Positions 50,223 to 62,621 of a DNA stretch of 64,000 bases are shown here, piece after piece. The stretch's first letter is position 1; every line of letters begins with the position of its first letter. The stretch is from Podospora anserina (lineage: Eukaryota), in assembly GCA_017654855.1 (NCBI GenBank), contig CM030332.1, positions 4,216,001 to 4,280,000 of the forward strand, read 5' to 3'. The notes below the pieces were generated by a model. It was not told the DNA's origin. It was given only the letters and a program-made list of their open reading frames with translations, and searched no databases. The position numbers and the translations under genes are program-made.

Positions 50223-51302
50223 ATGGTCAAACCAACAGCTTTCTCACGAGGAGCCCTCCTGGCCTCTCTGGCCCAAGCCACGATAGCAGCATCTACCTCG
50301 AGATATACACTCACCCAGGTCTTCAACGCCACCAACTTCTTCTCCGAATTCACCTTCTTCGACCAGCCCGACCCGACCCACGGGTTCGTAGAGTACGTGG
50401 ACGCACCCACCGCCAACCGCCTCTCCCTTGCCGGCTACAGCCAAAATGGTGTCTACCTTGGTGTTGATCACACCAACACCACCACAACCGGCCGCAAGTC
50501 TACCCGTGTCACCTCCAACCAGGCCTTCACCAAGGGTCTGTTCATCGCCGACATAGCCCACATGCCCGGCTCGGCATCATCGTCTTGCGGACTCTGGCCG
50601 GCCTACTGGATGTTCGGTCCTGACTGGCCCACCTCTGGCGAGATTGATATCCTGGAAGGCATCAACACCCAAAAGTCGAATTCGATAACATTGCATACAG
50701 CCAAGGGGTGTGAGATGGCCAACACTGGCTCGCTGGGGAGCACCAAATTGGCAAATGGCAATTGCGAGGGTAATACTGGGTGCGGCCAGACGACATCAGC
50801 TACCAATAACTATGGTGCTGGGTTCAACGACATTGGCGGCGGTATTTATGCCTTGGAGTGGACCGATGACCACATTGCTGTGTGGTTCTTCCCGAGGAAC
50901 TCCAACACTTGCAAGTCCTTGGCCGCCGCATCTCCTTCGTCAGTGCCGAATACCAGCAACTTTGGGACGCCTCTCGCAAAGTTCGTCGGGAATGGATCAG
51001 GGAACTGCTCTATTCCTAACCACTTCAAGGACCACAACATTGTCTTTGACACGACGTTTTGCGGTGATTGGGCTGGACAGGTCTGGGGACAGGATGATAC
51101 CTGCAAGAGTCTGGCTGACACGTGCGAGGACTGGGTCGGGCAGAATCCAGAGGGGTTTCAGGAGGCGTACTGGTTGGTGAATGATATCAAGGTTTATCAG
51201 CAGGTTGATCAGGGGCCGGCTGCTGGGCAGACGGATGGGGGGTTTGGGGTTCAGAGGAAGCCGGATGAGGAGAGGAGGAGGGCGAGGAGTTTTGAGGCTT
51301 GA
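50223..51302 (+). CDS. Secreted GH16 endo-1,3(4)-beta-glucanase
   Basis: Signal peptide, DPTHGFVEYV, CGLWPAYW, catalytic WPTSGEIDILEG and NIVFDTTFCGDWAG. Confidence 0.92.
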   Translation: MVKPTAFSRGALLASLAQATIAASTSRYTLTQVFNATNFFSEFTFFDQPDPTHGFVEYVDAPTANRLSLAGYSQNGVYLGVDHTNTTTTGRKSTRVTSNQAFTKGLFIADIAHMPGSASSSCGLWPAYWMFGPDWPTSGEIDILEGINTQKSNSITLHTAKGCEMANTGSLGSTKLANGNCEGNTGCGQTTSATNNYGAGFNDIGGGIYALEWTDDHIAVWFFPRNSNTCKSLAAASPSSVPNTSNFGTPLAKFVGNGSGNCSIPNHFKDHNIVFDTTFCGDWAGQVWGQDDTCKSLADTCEDWVGQNPEGFQEAYWLVNDIKVYQQVDQGPAAGQTDGGFGVQRKPDEERRRARSFEA

Positions 51303-51760
51303 TTTTCTTTCTTTCAGCCGGGATGGACAGGAGTTTGGGGATGGGTTGGTTTTGCATTAGAGATGGATATAGGTTGGGTGAAATAAAAGGGTATATAGAT
51401 GGGTATCTGATCTGATGGGGGCTGGATATGTGGGTGTATTGTGTCATTTTTTCCGTGTTCTTGACCATGCATTTTTCTTGAAGTTTATGAGAACATCCTA
51501 CTTATTATTCGTCTGTCAATAATTGCCACTTTTTCTCTTGATGTATTTTTTGGCTGACCCGTGGTGGTAAGGTGTGTAAGTGAGATACGGGCGGGAACGG
51601 TCCGCCGTCAGCTGGCAAGGGGTGTCAGACAGCCAAAATCTTGACCTATTCAGCTTGTCCACCTTGATGGTTTCACTCATTGGCACTTCAATGACACTTA
51701 TATCACAAATATTCGAAAGGTGGGTATACCTCAAATATTAATCAGTTCAAGCAGCTGATA

Positions 51761-51770
51761 AAAATTTTCA
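51761..51770. promoter_or_regulatory. RRPE-like element (AAAATTTTCA) upstream of QRI7
   Basis: Exact reverse complement of TGAAAATTTT, about 80 bp before the ATG of a tRNA-modification gene. Confidence 0.35.
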
Positions 51771-51847
51771 GACAGCATAAACGGCTTTTCCCGTCATTTC
51801 ATTTTCAGGCCAACAAGTAAAAACCAAACCATGAGATCAAAGCCAAC

Positions 51848-53401
51848 ATGAGATTCTCAACCACCCTGTCCAGTGGGCCACCAAGATATACACTGAGAAC
51901 AAGGCAGCCATTATCATTCAACAGACACTGTCGATACTTGAGTAGCGGCACTCACCACAAATCTCTCCTCACTATTGCCATAGAGACATCATGCGATGAC
52001 ACCTGTGTCGCTATCCTCGAAAAAGCAGGCCCAGCAGCACGCTTACAGTTCAACAAGAGAATACCATCAAACCATGTTGAATTCAAGGGCATACATCCTA
52101 CAATAGCCTCCAAATCGCACGAGATTCAGTTGGCTAAGCTGGTCAACGAAGCTGTACAATCACTACCAGAGCACACCAACCACTCCCCAGAGGTCAAAAC
52201 CATTTCTATCCGCGACCCACAAACAGGCAAATCCACCCCCCGACGACTTCCTGACTTTGTCTCCGTGACAAGAGGCCCAGGCTTCCCACGATGTCTAGAC
52301 GTCGGCCTCGGAGTAGCCAAAGGCCTCTCTGTCGCCTGGCAGGTCCCCTTCCTAGGAGTTCATCACATGCAAGGCCACGCCCTCACCCCCCGCCTCGACC
52401 ACGCTCTACAACAACCCTTCCCCCCTTCCTCCTCAACCCCCTCATCAAAACTCTCCCCTAAATTTCCCTTCCTAACCCTCCTCGCCTCAGGAGGCCACAC
52501 CCAGCTCCTCCTCTCCACCACCCTAACAACCCACACCATCCTCGCAACAGTAACCAACATCTCCCTAGGCGACATGCTCGACAAAGCCGCGAGGGAAATC
52601 CTCCCCCCCTCCCTCCTCAGCTCCCTCCCAAACATAGCCTACGCCGCCGCCCTGGAACAGTTCGCCTTCCCCTCTCCCTCCTACAAGTATACCCCCCCTC
52701 CCAACCGGCACTCCGAAACCCTCCCCTCCCCCCTCCCCTCCCCACCATTTGAGCCCGGGTGGTCCCTCACCCCCCCTCTCCCCCTAAGCAAAGAAATGAC
52801 CTTCAACTTCTCCGGCTTCGGCGGCCAAGTCCAGGAACTAGCCCAGTTCTACCCCCACACCAAACTCGACCGCGTCAGAGCCGAGGAATCCAACCAAATA
52901 CTCTCCCCCCCATCCCTCACAACCGAACAGCGCCGGATTTTAGCAAGAGAAACAATGAGGCTGGCATTCGAGCACCTCGCTTCAAGGGTCGTTTTTGCGC
53001 TGAGGGAACTCCAGCCTGTGAGCGAGGCTGACAAGAGGCATGGTACCGGGAGGAATGATCTGAAAAGATTGAAGGGGCTGTTGAGGGGAGGACAAAAGAT
53101 CGAGACGTTGGTGCTGTCGGGGGGTGTGGCGTCGAATAAATTCCTGAGACACGTCCTGAGGAGTGTCCTCGATCAGAGGGGGTGGCCTGATATAAAGCTG
53201 GCTGCTCCGCCTGTGAGTCTTTGTACCGACAACGCGGCCATGATTGCGTGGGCGGGGATGGAGATGTTCGAGACGGAGGGGGTGGAGACTGATTTGGGAG
53301 TGAGGTCGATTCAACGCTGGTCGTTGGATGGGAGTCTTGGAGAGGAGGGGACGAGGGGGGTGATGGGGGTTGACGGGTGGCTCAAGAGGCAGAAGATGTA
53401 A
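51848..53401 (+). CDS. QRI7: Mitochondrial tRNA N6-threonylcarbamoyladenosine transferase (Kae1/TsaD/Qri7 family)
   Basis: Arg/Ser-rich presequence-like N-terminus and motifs AIETSCDDT, VTRGPG, HHMQGH, LASGGHT, GDMLDKAAR, SGGVASN and CTDNAAMIAW. Confidence 0.9.
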   Translation: MRFSTTLSSGPPRYTLRTRQPLSFNRHCRYLSSGTHHKSLLTIAIETSCDDTCVAILEKAGPAARLQFNKRIPSNHVEFKGIHPTIASKSHEIQLAKLVNEAVQSLPEHTNHSPEVKTISIRDPQTGKSTPRRLPDFVSVTRGPGFPRCLDVGLGVAKGLSVAWQVPFLGVHHMQGHALTPRLDHALQQPFPPSSSTPSSKLSPKFPFLTLLASGGHTQLLLSTTLTTHTILATVTNISLGDMLDKAAREILPPSLLSSLPNIAYAAALEQFAFPSPSYKYTPPPNRHSETLPSPLPSPPFEPGWSLTPPLPLSKEMTFNFSGFGGQVQELAQFYPHTKLDRVRAEESNQILSPPSLTTEQRRILARETMRLAFEHLASRVVFALRELQPVSEADKRHGTGRNDLKRLKGLLRGGQKIETLVLSGGVASNKFLRHVLRSVLDQRGWPDIKLAAPPVSLCTDNAAMIAWAGMEMFETEGVETDLGVRSIQRWSLDGSLGEEGTRGVMGVDGWLKRQKM

Positions 53402-53620
53402 GATAGGTGTACATTAGCGTTCCAAATCTATGAGATATAAGCTTGAGGAGCTAAAAAGCAATCAGGGTGGTGGTAAAGAGTGCCGTGGTTATCATACACA
53501 CGCATCCTCTTTATTTAACGTCTTGATTGCTGCTTTAATTCATCGTTTCATGCATTACCAACGCCCCTAATTTACCCCATTTCTTGTGCAAGTAAAAACC
53601 AGAACGCTCCTCCCTACCCT

Positions 53621-54552
53621 CTAAACCTCCTCCGAAAAATCACTCGTAACATTGCTAAACTCGCCCTTCTCCAGCTTCGTCTTCCAAAACACCGGGTTCG
53701 TGTCCGTAAACCCGTGCTTCTCCCACCCGCTCTCCTTGACATGATACAAGTTGATAAACCCACCCGAGTACGCATCCCTGTGCGTGGCAGCCAAGATACT
53801 CCTGCTCCCCAGCTCCAGCGCCTCCTCCACCGTCAAGTCGTACCTGTACTCGGCATCCAGCACGCCATACGCAAACGTCTGGCCGGACCCGACGCAAAAC
53901 AGGTTCCCCGCCAGCCTCGTGCCGTCGCTGTCAATATAGTACAGCGCCGGCCCTTCCTCCTTGGTGACGCCGGCGCACATGGTGCCCATCGACAGGCCCT
54001 TGCCCTTGTACTGGTACACCAGGTTGGCGAGGATCTTGCTCGCGGCCGCGACAGAGATTCTCCTCTTGTGGCGGAGCTCGTGGAGGCGGCACTGCATGCC
54101 GAGCCAGGCGAGCCAGTACTGGCAGTCGGCGGCGCCGCCGGCCATGGTGCCGAGGAGGTCGGAATTGATCTCGATGACCTTTTTGACCGTCTGGGAGGCG
54201 ATCCAGTTGCCGGCCGTGGCGCGGGAGTCGGTCGCGACGATGATGCCGCCCTGGAAGCGGAAGGCGAGCGTGGTGGTGCCGTGGGCGATCTTGATGGGGC
54301 AGTGGGGGTTGGAGCGGTCGTCGGTTGCTGCGCGGAGCCAGGCCGAGGGCTGGAATAACGATGGGTGATTAGTGTGATGTTTGGGTTTGGTACAGAGAGA
54401 GAATAAAGACATACCTGAGCTACGGGCGGCATGGCAAACTTCAGCGAAAGGTTGGGAATAGACCCGGCGGCGAACTCCTCCTGCTCCTGCTCTGTGAACA
54501 GCTCATTCTGGGTGTAGGTCGGGCGGCTGTACCGCGCAACGAGGGTGTCCAT
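53621..54552 (-). CDS. PRE2: 20S proteasome beta5 subunit (exons 54552-54415, 54349-53621)
   Basis: Propeptide followed by [25 protein letters not shown], plus GSGQTFAYG and HRDAYSGG. Confidence 0.97.
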
Positions 54553-54691
54553 CTTTGCGTTCTGTGTTTTCTGTGTCGATCGAAGCCGTAAATTCTGTTG
54601 ATTTGTTGTCGTCGATGAAGGTGGGGTTGGTTTTGGAGTTGAGGGAACTGTTCAAGGGTACTGGAAGTTGGCTGGCTTGGTTGTTCAGGTC

Positions 54692-54759
54692 GGAGCTCAA
54701 GGCAGCTCCCGGTGCAACGCGTTCAGCCCACACCACACAGCCTTGGAGGTCTGAGCTCC
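54692..54759. promoter_or_regulatory. Three GGAGCT elements upstream of PRE2 (candidate Rpn4-type proteasome control elements)
   Basis: GGAGCT at 54692-54697 and AGCTCC at 54704-54709 and 54754-54759, 140-210 bp upstream of the proteasome gene. From memory, GGAGCT is the reported filamentous-ascomycete variant of the Rpn4 site. Confidence 0.55.
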
Positions 54760-55962
54760 CCCTCCGCAGTTGAACACCCCCCACCACCACCCACTCGCTT
54801 GGCAAATGGATTCCACGCCTTCCCCAGGTTTTCGAGAAGTCCTTATGCTGGTTGGACTTTGGCACATGCCATGTCGCAGGTAGAGAGAGAGCACCTCATT
54901 TGATTCTGGCGATACTACAAGTTTAATTGTCTTGATTATTATTATTACCATTAGGATAGTCTATTAAGTAGACTCGTGCTCAGCCAACCAACGCTCCTTT
55001 TTGCACGCTCAACCCCAACCCTAACAGACCATTCATGATACCTGGTAGAACTATACACAACGTCAACTCAGACTCGCTCAGCACGCTATCAACACCAAAA
55101 CCCGATATCGCAAAGACAGCAACGAAGCACACAGTTATCAAGGCACAAAAAGACACATTGGACGCAGTCGGAAAAGCGCACAAAACACAAACACCCCACG
55201 CTGGAGCAACCATAACATCATAAAAATCAGGAGACTCGATTAGGTGCCTCGAAAATATTTTGTGGTCACCCATGTTCCTTTTGTCTTCCCTATACTCCCG
55301 CGATGGCGGATGACCCAACTCCCAAGACCGCCCAAATTAGATATATAGTGCCTTATTGGAGGGTGCGAGGCTTCCCAAACTCCCACCAGTCGGTGGCCCA
55401 GTGTCCGCACCTCACACACCAACCAACCCAAATGCACATATCGCGAGCCCATTGCTGAGTAGGTCGTCTAGCACAAGCCTTTTTTTTCTCCCTATTCCAG
55501 TTTGCCCAGCCAGATTGAGCAACCGGCATCAGTGAGGTCTGATTGCCTCCCTGATAAATAAAAACAAAAAAAAAACAAAATGATCTCGAAACACCCCAGC
55601 CAATGCATATTTCGTTGTCGTGATTAACCCCTTGAAGCCAAAAATTTTAATAACCCTTCCCCCATGCGAATACAAAATGGCTTTGCCGTTTTTTTTGCGG
55701 GATATTGGATGACGATGATGAAAAAGATAATGAGGGGTAGTGGTCCGTTTGTGTGTGCGTGTGTCGCAGCGTGCCCATTTTGTGAATCGTCATCCGAAAA
55801 CCAAAAACAGGGCAAAATGGCCCAACGCACCGCAAAGTATGTCTTTATCGTACATCTTCAAAACTTTTTCGGACTGGGGCGAAATCGATGGGTATTAAGC
55901 GCAACCTCCTTCTGGAAAACACAGGATTGGTTAATAAGAAAGGTCTCGCCACAAAAAGAGTA

Positions 55963-57796
55963 TTATTTCCTCCACCCAACATTCCAGATGACGTGGACAA
56001 TGTCCCGGGCCGTATTTACCGTATCAATAACCCGGCCGATGAGGCCGGTTCCGCTCGATGATTCCGAATCTCCTTCTTCGTAAGGCATGAACATCCCCGA
56101 CGATGTTCGTCGCATCCCCACTGGTTCTGCCGAAAGACTGGATGTCGAGGTTGACCGACGCAATCCAGAGCCGCCTTCACCAAAGCTGGCCCCGAGACTA
56201 GAGCTGGTGCTGGCGCTGGTGCTCTTGCTGCTAAACCGGACGGGCTCGTCATCGTCATCGTCACTGACGTCGTCGTCGTCGTCGTCGCTCGCAAAAAAGA
56301 GCTTGCCGGACTTCTTGGATGGCCGCAATGTCTCCTGAGAGGAAGATGGGGATACCGGCGAGTTCTTGTAAATTCCCGTGCTGTGCTTCATGGCCGTCTC
56401 CGTCGGCTCCGGCGTGTCGTCCCGGTATTTCAACGTGGTCGACGGCAGCATGGCGATTGTTTTGCTTTCCATGTTGCCAGCATGGCTCGCGGCCCTCCTC
56501 ATGGTTGGTCTTCTCTTTTTGATGGCTGATCGCTTCATCATGATGGCACCGTCATCCGAGTCACTGTCATAGCGGACAGGCTCGTCGTCCTCGTCGTCGT
56601 CACCCTTGATCTCAACCGCAATGCACTGCTCCACTTGCTCGTTGAAATGGATGTGCTTCTTCTCGTTGAATGGAGATGTGATGCCGGATGATCTTGTGGA
56701 AGGGAACAGGCTGGTACCGTCATGGCTGACGCCTCGCGAAGAGAATGGGAAGCCGACAAAGTCAGTGGTGGCACGCTCGAGTCCTGGTCGTTGACCACCT
56801 CGCTTCAGCCCACCCTTCTGCTGCGCCTGCACTGCCGCCGCTGCTTGCTTAACCAGCGATGACGTTGACAGGGACCTCTGAAGCATGATTTCTGACATGG
56901 TCCTCTTCTTCAAAATGGTCTTCTTCTTCTCTTGAGGGGTCGATTTTGATAACCGCGAGCTCGAGTTTTTCAATCTCGGGTTTGACATGGATGCACCAGA
57001 CTGTAATGGGCCATAAAGCCACGTTACATCGCAGTCTTTGAGCCTGTTGTGTGTTAGGGATTCAGTAGCAAAAACACCCCCATGTCAATTGTACGCACCA
57101 GTTAAGCGTCTCAGGCGAGACTGTGCTCAGCTTGTTTTTCGCCTTCATCCATGTTCGCCAGGAAGCATTTTCTAACCGCGCAGAGTCGCTGTAATCGCCT
57201 CTTCTTGAGACGATCAGCTTCCACGACGACCAGATATCCTCCTCACGCCAGTTATGCGAGAGGTAGTCCACATGTCGAGAAGGCCGGACCTTTAGTGAGA
57301 TGTCATCCTCGGCTCTCTCTGATATGTCGGGTGTCCCCGGCCGTGAGGTGGCTGCCGAGTTCTCATCGTCGTTTGGTGACGAAGTGTATGAGTAACCCGC
57401 CTGAGGACTTGGTGCAGGCTCAGACACCTCAATGCGGCCGAAGTAGCCACCCCTCTCCTCGTACTGCGGGAAAATGATGTCGTCCTCCGAGGTTACCGAC
57501 TCGGCGTTCCTGACTTCCTCACAACCTGACACCAGGGAGAATTTTGTCCCAGACTTTGTTGACCGCAGCTGGTCTGATGAGTCAATGCGAATAATGCGCG
57601 GCGAGGATGGCGTGGAAGACACGCTCGAGCTTGAATAGCTTCTTGTTGACTCTGGGTAAAGATCTGCTAGCCGTGAAGTGGAGGATGAGGTATGGAATCC
57701 CGAGTTTTTTGTGACGAATTTTGGTTGCGAGTGAGAGCGGCGCAACGTTGAAGCAGAGAAATAGTTATTCTCTTCGGATGAAATAACCACGGCCAT
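55963..57796 (-). CDS. REG1: Protein phosphatase 1 regulatory subunit, Reg1-like (glucose repression); intron 57098-57044
   Basis: RHVDYLSHNWREEDIWSSW, RLENASWRTW, PETLNW|LKDCDVTWLYGP and the PP1-binding RVxF-type motif KHIHFNEQVEQC. Confidence 0.85.
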
Positions 57797-60667
57797 GTTG
57801 AAAGCCTGAACCCTGATGATCAATGGAGCGCCGTCCAAAGTCACCTTCTATCCTTCAACAAGCAACCCAGAGGTCCTCTCATGGAGCAATTAAACGTCGA
57901 AACCGTCTGGGCCGCGGCGGAAGATGACGCGATGTGAGGAAGAGCGAGAGACAATGCCCTCGACTTCTTTCTGCTATGGTGTGAGCGGGAAAGCGTCCCG
58001 GTGGCTGATAGGGCTTCCGAGAACAAAGACGGCGGCCGGGTTGAAGGGCTGCGCGGTTCCTTGACGTCGGGACAGGTCGTGTTCGGCGAAACGAGACGGC
58101 GCTTTTCTCGGTAAGCTGCAAAAATCACGATTAGACGGGTCCCAACAACGGAAATTTTGCTTGAAGATCGTGGTGTGAGGTGTGGCTTGAGCGAAAGCGG
58201 AATTTTGAAATCACTTCGTATGCTGTACCCGAGGTGAAGAGAGAAAATGGGCCTGGAGGTCTGGAGGAGCGAGAAGGTGTACAGATAAGTCACCGGCTCT
58301 TCGAGGTCTGGGCACCTTGTGCAGACTGAGCGGAAGTGGGTTTTGCAATATCGACCAGCCAGCTCCTACCCTGACCCCCCTGCCGGTGTGCCGTCAAAAC
58401 GTGGGATGCGTGACCCGAAGAGGGGTGGATTTGATGCTCAAACGGGGGTGTGGGGATTGGGGGTTCGGTTTGGCAATCATGGGGGTTCCACAAGGCTTTT
58501 GCCCTCGCTCTCCCCATTATCAAGCCAAAAAAAGGTGAGCGTGAGCTTGAGAGAGCGTGAGCAGGTGAGGTGAGGGATTGGAATTCGGCGATGCACTCGT
58601 GTACCCCATCGTCATGTGCCCCCCCACCCGTTTTTGTTCAATGGGATGTGCAGGCGCACAGGCAGCCAGCAAACCAGCAACCATCGAATGCCTTCTTCAT
58701 TCGTCCCAGCTTTTTTTGCCCAGCCCAGGGGAGTGGAGGGGACGAAAGCGGTAGGTAAGGTATGTTACCTTGGAGTAAGAGAGGCAAACAGGCCGTGGAA
58801 TGGCAATTGGAAACACTGAAATGAAAAACTGGTCACGTACCCTTTCTAGTTTTATGGACTACCGGTAGTTGGCTGGGGATGTGATGAATTTTATTTTGTT
58901 TCGTGGTTGACCCCCCGCGCCCCTCGTTCCTGGGGAATTGCGTAGGGCGGTTCGTTGTTGGGTTTGGAGTCTAGGAGGTGAAGCAAGGGATGGAGAGGCG
59001 TTCGTCGCAACAATCGATGCCGTCGTAAGGGGGAGAAGAGGGCGATTGTCAAAGTCGGAGGGCCATGGTGGTCATTGCCGTCGAAGAGGTCTCGAGTCTG
59101 TCTGTTGTCGAGGGGGACAAGACAATGGATTTTCTCTGCAGACGTCCAGGGGCCGGTGGACGGGATGGGGAAAAAACAAGGTGGTAAAAATGCAAGTTGG
59201 GGTTCTGTGCGACGATGCCCGCCGAGAATTTGGAGCTGGACAACTGGAGGCGGTCTGGGGGGGGGGTGCCCGGTGGGCATTGACTTGACTGCACAGTGCA
59301 GGCGCTGCAGGTCACCAGGGAACCAAACCAAGGGTGGGCGTGGGAGGAAGGACGGACGCGGGCGAGGCGGGCAGACGGGGGGCAGACGAATCGCTGGGCT
59401 GGAATGGGCGACCAGGGTTGCGCTTGTGACCTCGTCCGGCGCCTCTCCTTGGTCGGTGACGGTTCCTGTTAGTCAAGCCGTTCAGTCTTTTGAATTGGCA
59501 ATGGCACTCGAAGGGCAGGATGGTTCAAAAGGCAGCCGAACAGTCGGTTTGAATAGCACCGGGTCCTCCGGCAACTCAGCAAGTATAATCTCGAGACTCT
59601 GCGACTCCCGTCTCTTCCTTTCCACTGATCCATGATCTACCTTTTACAGACATTGGTTGCCCTGTGCCCTGTGCTGACTGGCTGTGGACAGTGGACACTC
59701 CCAGGCTCGCCAGGCTGAGTTAAACACGGGGAAATGGAGAGAGTGGCCCATGGATCGACCGGAAAGTCTGATTCAGGTCCCTCTCCTGCAGGCGGCCCCG
59801 CGAGAGGTACCTTTGCGCTACAACTCGGCGTCCCGTGCACCGGTTGCTTTCACCAGCACCAGCAGTCCAGAACACTCTGATGCTGTCAGAATCCCTCCCC
59901 ACTCGGGGCTGTCCCATTGCGTTATCATTCCCAAAAAGTCTGGTGCTGAACATGCTGAACAAGACGCCATCTTGTCTTCGTGTCTTCCAAGTCCTGTGCT
60001 CCACCGCAGCCTTCGCCTCTCACGCGGGGTCGTCTCTGGGCGTTCTTCTGCTCTCCACTGACAAGGCCGGCCGGAGCCTTCGATCTTCGAGAGTTACCCC
60101 GTGGCAGCGCCCTTTATTTGTCGGCGAGGCGAATTCATCTTCATCGATCAACAAAAAGGGCAGTTCGGATCGGCAACTGGCTCGCTATGCTCCTCTGTTC
60201 CGGAACATCCTCGATTCAGCGGCTCCTCCGGCTTCTCCCGCGTTTCTGCAAACAGCGTCAAAGCCACCCCGAGTGAGGAGAGAGCTTTCCAATGCATGGG
60301 GTGGGACTTGGCTCTGCTTCCATTGTTTCGACCTCAAGCTTCCAGACGCTCAGCAGGCTGGCTAGCTCGGCGGTGCTGGAAAGTGGGACCTCATCAGTCA
60401 AGCCGAGGCGAGTGCGACGGCCTCATCCATTCAAACCGGTGCACAATCTCTGGCACAGACTGTCAATGCGTGGAAGTGTCCATTCCCGGGATCAGAAGTT
60501 GGAACGTTTGATGAAAGGCCCAAAGTCGAGTGGCTTTGGTATCAACCATCACACCGTGGTATTGTTTCAACCTGTTTCTGCTCTACATCGGAGATCTCTT
60601 CAGAAATAGCCCATCTCACCAGCGGACATTACCGCACATATTTCTGCAACACTAGTCTGTCCCTGTC

Positions 60668-60694
60668 AAAAAAAAAAAAAAAAAAAAAAAAAAA
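60668..60694 (+). repeat. Poly(A) tract, 27 nt
   Basis: Direct reading. Confidence 0.95.
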
Positions 60695-62584
60695 GGCTCT
60701 TCACTCCAATCCAAACAAGGACCAGCAGCCGCGTCAGGTTCTTCAAAGCGTCGACAGCAAATCCCGCCCTAGGGGAAAGCCGGAACGGGTGGAGAAGTAC
60801 GAACAGGTTTCAGTTATTCCTACATCATCACGCTTCGTCCAAGCTGCAGGAGTTCTTGAGATGCAAGATAGCAGCAATGCAGGGACTTTGGACATGAACT
60901 CTCCGGATGGTTTGGCAGATACGAGTGTTTTTAACTTTGACTGAAGAAACGGGACCCAGACAAGTACCTTATTCTCGTGGTCCTCAACGGTCGCCTCAAG
61001 ATATTCTTAGATTTATCCGTCACCGTTATGGTAGTTTCAACAAACATCAACTTGCAAACTCAATTCAAGTCTGCATGCATAGTCCCAGATTGGCTGCTGA
61101 TGCCCTCCAATAGAGTCCTATCATCTGGCAACGTTCATGTGGCCATTGGACACAACAACCCACCGATCCGGAACCATCTTCCCGGCGCGCCCTCGAGAGC
61201 TCCAGCAGCAATGTCACCTGCGGCCTGCCGTCGACAGCTATTGTTGGCTGCCGACGCTGCAACTATCTTCACGATCCGGGCTTGGCAGTCCACATCGGAA
61301 GCTGTCTCGTTGCTATCTCGCATCTTGCCAAGCATGCCGCCGACAATTTCCTTACATGGCGGGCTGAGGCGTATCCGGAGATATGTCCGGGGCTTCTGGC
61401 GGGGAGTACCGGGCCATTCCCGGGGGTTCTTGCTTTGCAGGTCGGCATGAGGTGCTATGGAATGGCAATTGCTCGCTGAATACACGGTTGAATACACAGT
61501 TCTAGACCTTTTGAAGGATATCTCGGCATTGCACGTTGGAAGCGGGTCAAGCAGACGTCGTGTGTAAGTGGATGTTTAATCAACAAGCATTTTCCTTTGA
61601 CCTCTTTACATTCCACCCAGGAACTGATCATGAGTTAAGTTTATGCTTCCCCATTCAGTAAGTAGCCTTCAACCCAGACGACCGAGAGTAACCATTGACT
61701 TCCGCATCCCACGATATCTTTAAACCCGTCTATCCCTATCTCTCCATCTCACCTTCCCTCTCGTGACGAGCTGCATATCTAGAAGAAATCCGGGTATCCC
61801 ACGCTACATACATACCTAGTTCGCACTATACAGTACGACCGGTTAAATCGGTGGCGTTTCCTGTCGTGTCCCAGTTCTTTGCTCCCCTTCTCTCGCATCT
61901 TTCACACCGTTGTTGCAGCTGCAAGAACAGGGCATGGCAGTGTAGCTATGACAGCTTGCTTATCTCCCCGCCCCCGCCCTTCGGGAAGCTCGTTGATAAG
62001 ACGAACAACAACGACACCAGAGACCGGTGAACAAGGAATTGGGAAATTCTCTTAACCTTTTTACGACTAGAATGGCCCGGAACCGGATGTGGTTGAGGAA
62101 GATGCAACTGGGAATTGGGGAGGGAGGTAGGGAGGGGTGTTGGCATTCTTGGTGACTTGGTCATCTCCCGACCAGGTTATGTCATCTTTTTTTTCCATGA
62201 GGGGGGACCAATTGGGGTGATTTAAACACACACACGCCATAAGAATCTAGAATTCCATAAACCTCCTCTAAACAAAGAGATATGCTGCGGGGGGAGTTCT
62301 TGACCGAGTCGACAGCCACGTCTCTTCGGACCGAAATGTTTTAACTGCCGGTTTAACGTGGGGGGGATGGAGGATGGGGACGGGAAGAGTAACTAACCCC
62401 TCCTCTTGAGAGCTCATGGGAGAGCTGTTTCGTGTCACCACCACCCAACTTTGAAGCTTTTGCTCACCGAGGGGCTTGGGCGAGGTAGGTCGTAGCTTTA
62501 GAAGTTCCAACATGCGGGAGAGGGATGGATTGCGTAGCGTAGCAGTACAGTCGGTCTGTAACATCCCTGGTGTGCAGGTGTGTC

Positions 62585-62585
<1 letters not shown>

Positions 62586-62620
<35 letters not shown>
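62586..62620 (+). repeat. (GT)17 microsatellite
   Basis: Direct reading. Confidence 0.95.

Positions 62621-62621
<1 letters not shown>

Noticed and set aside
60668-60694. Poly(A) as the tail of a retroelement or processed pseudogene
   Set aside because: No target-site duplication and no upstream SINE, LINE or mRNA-like body is visible.
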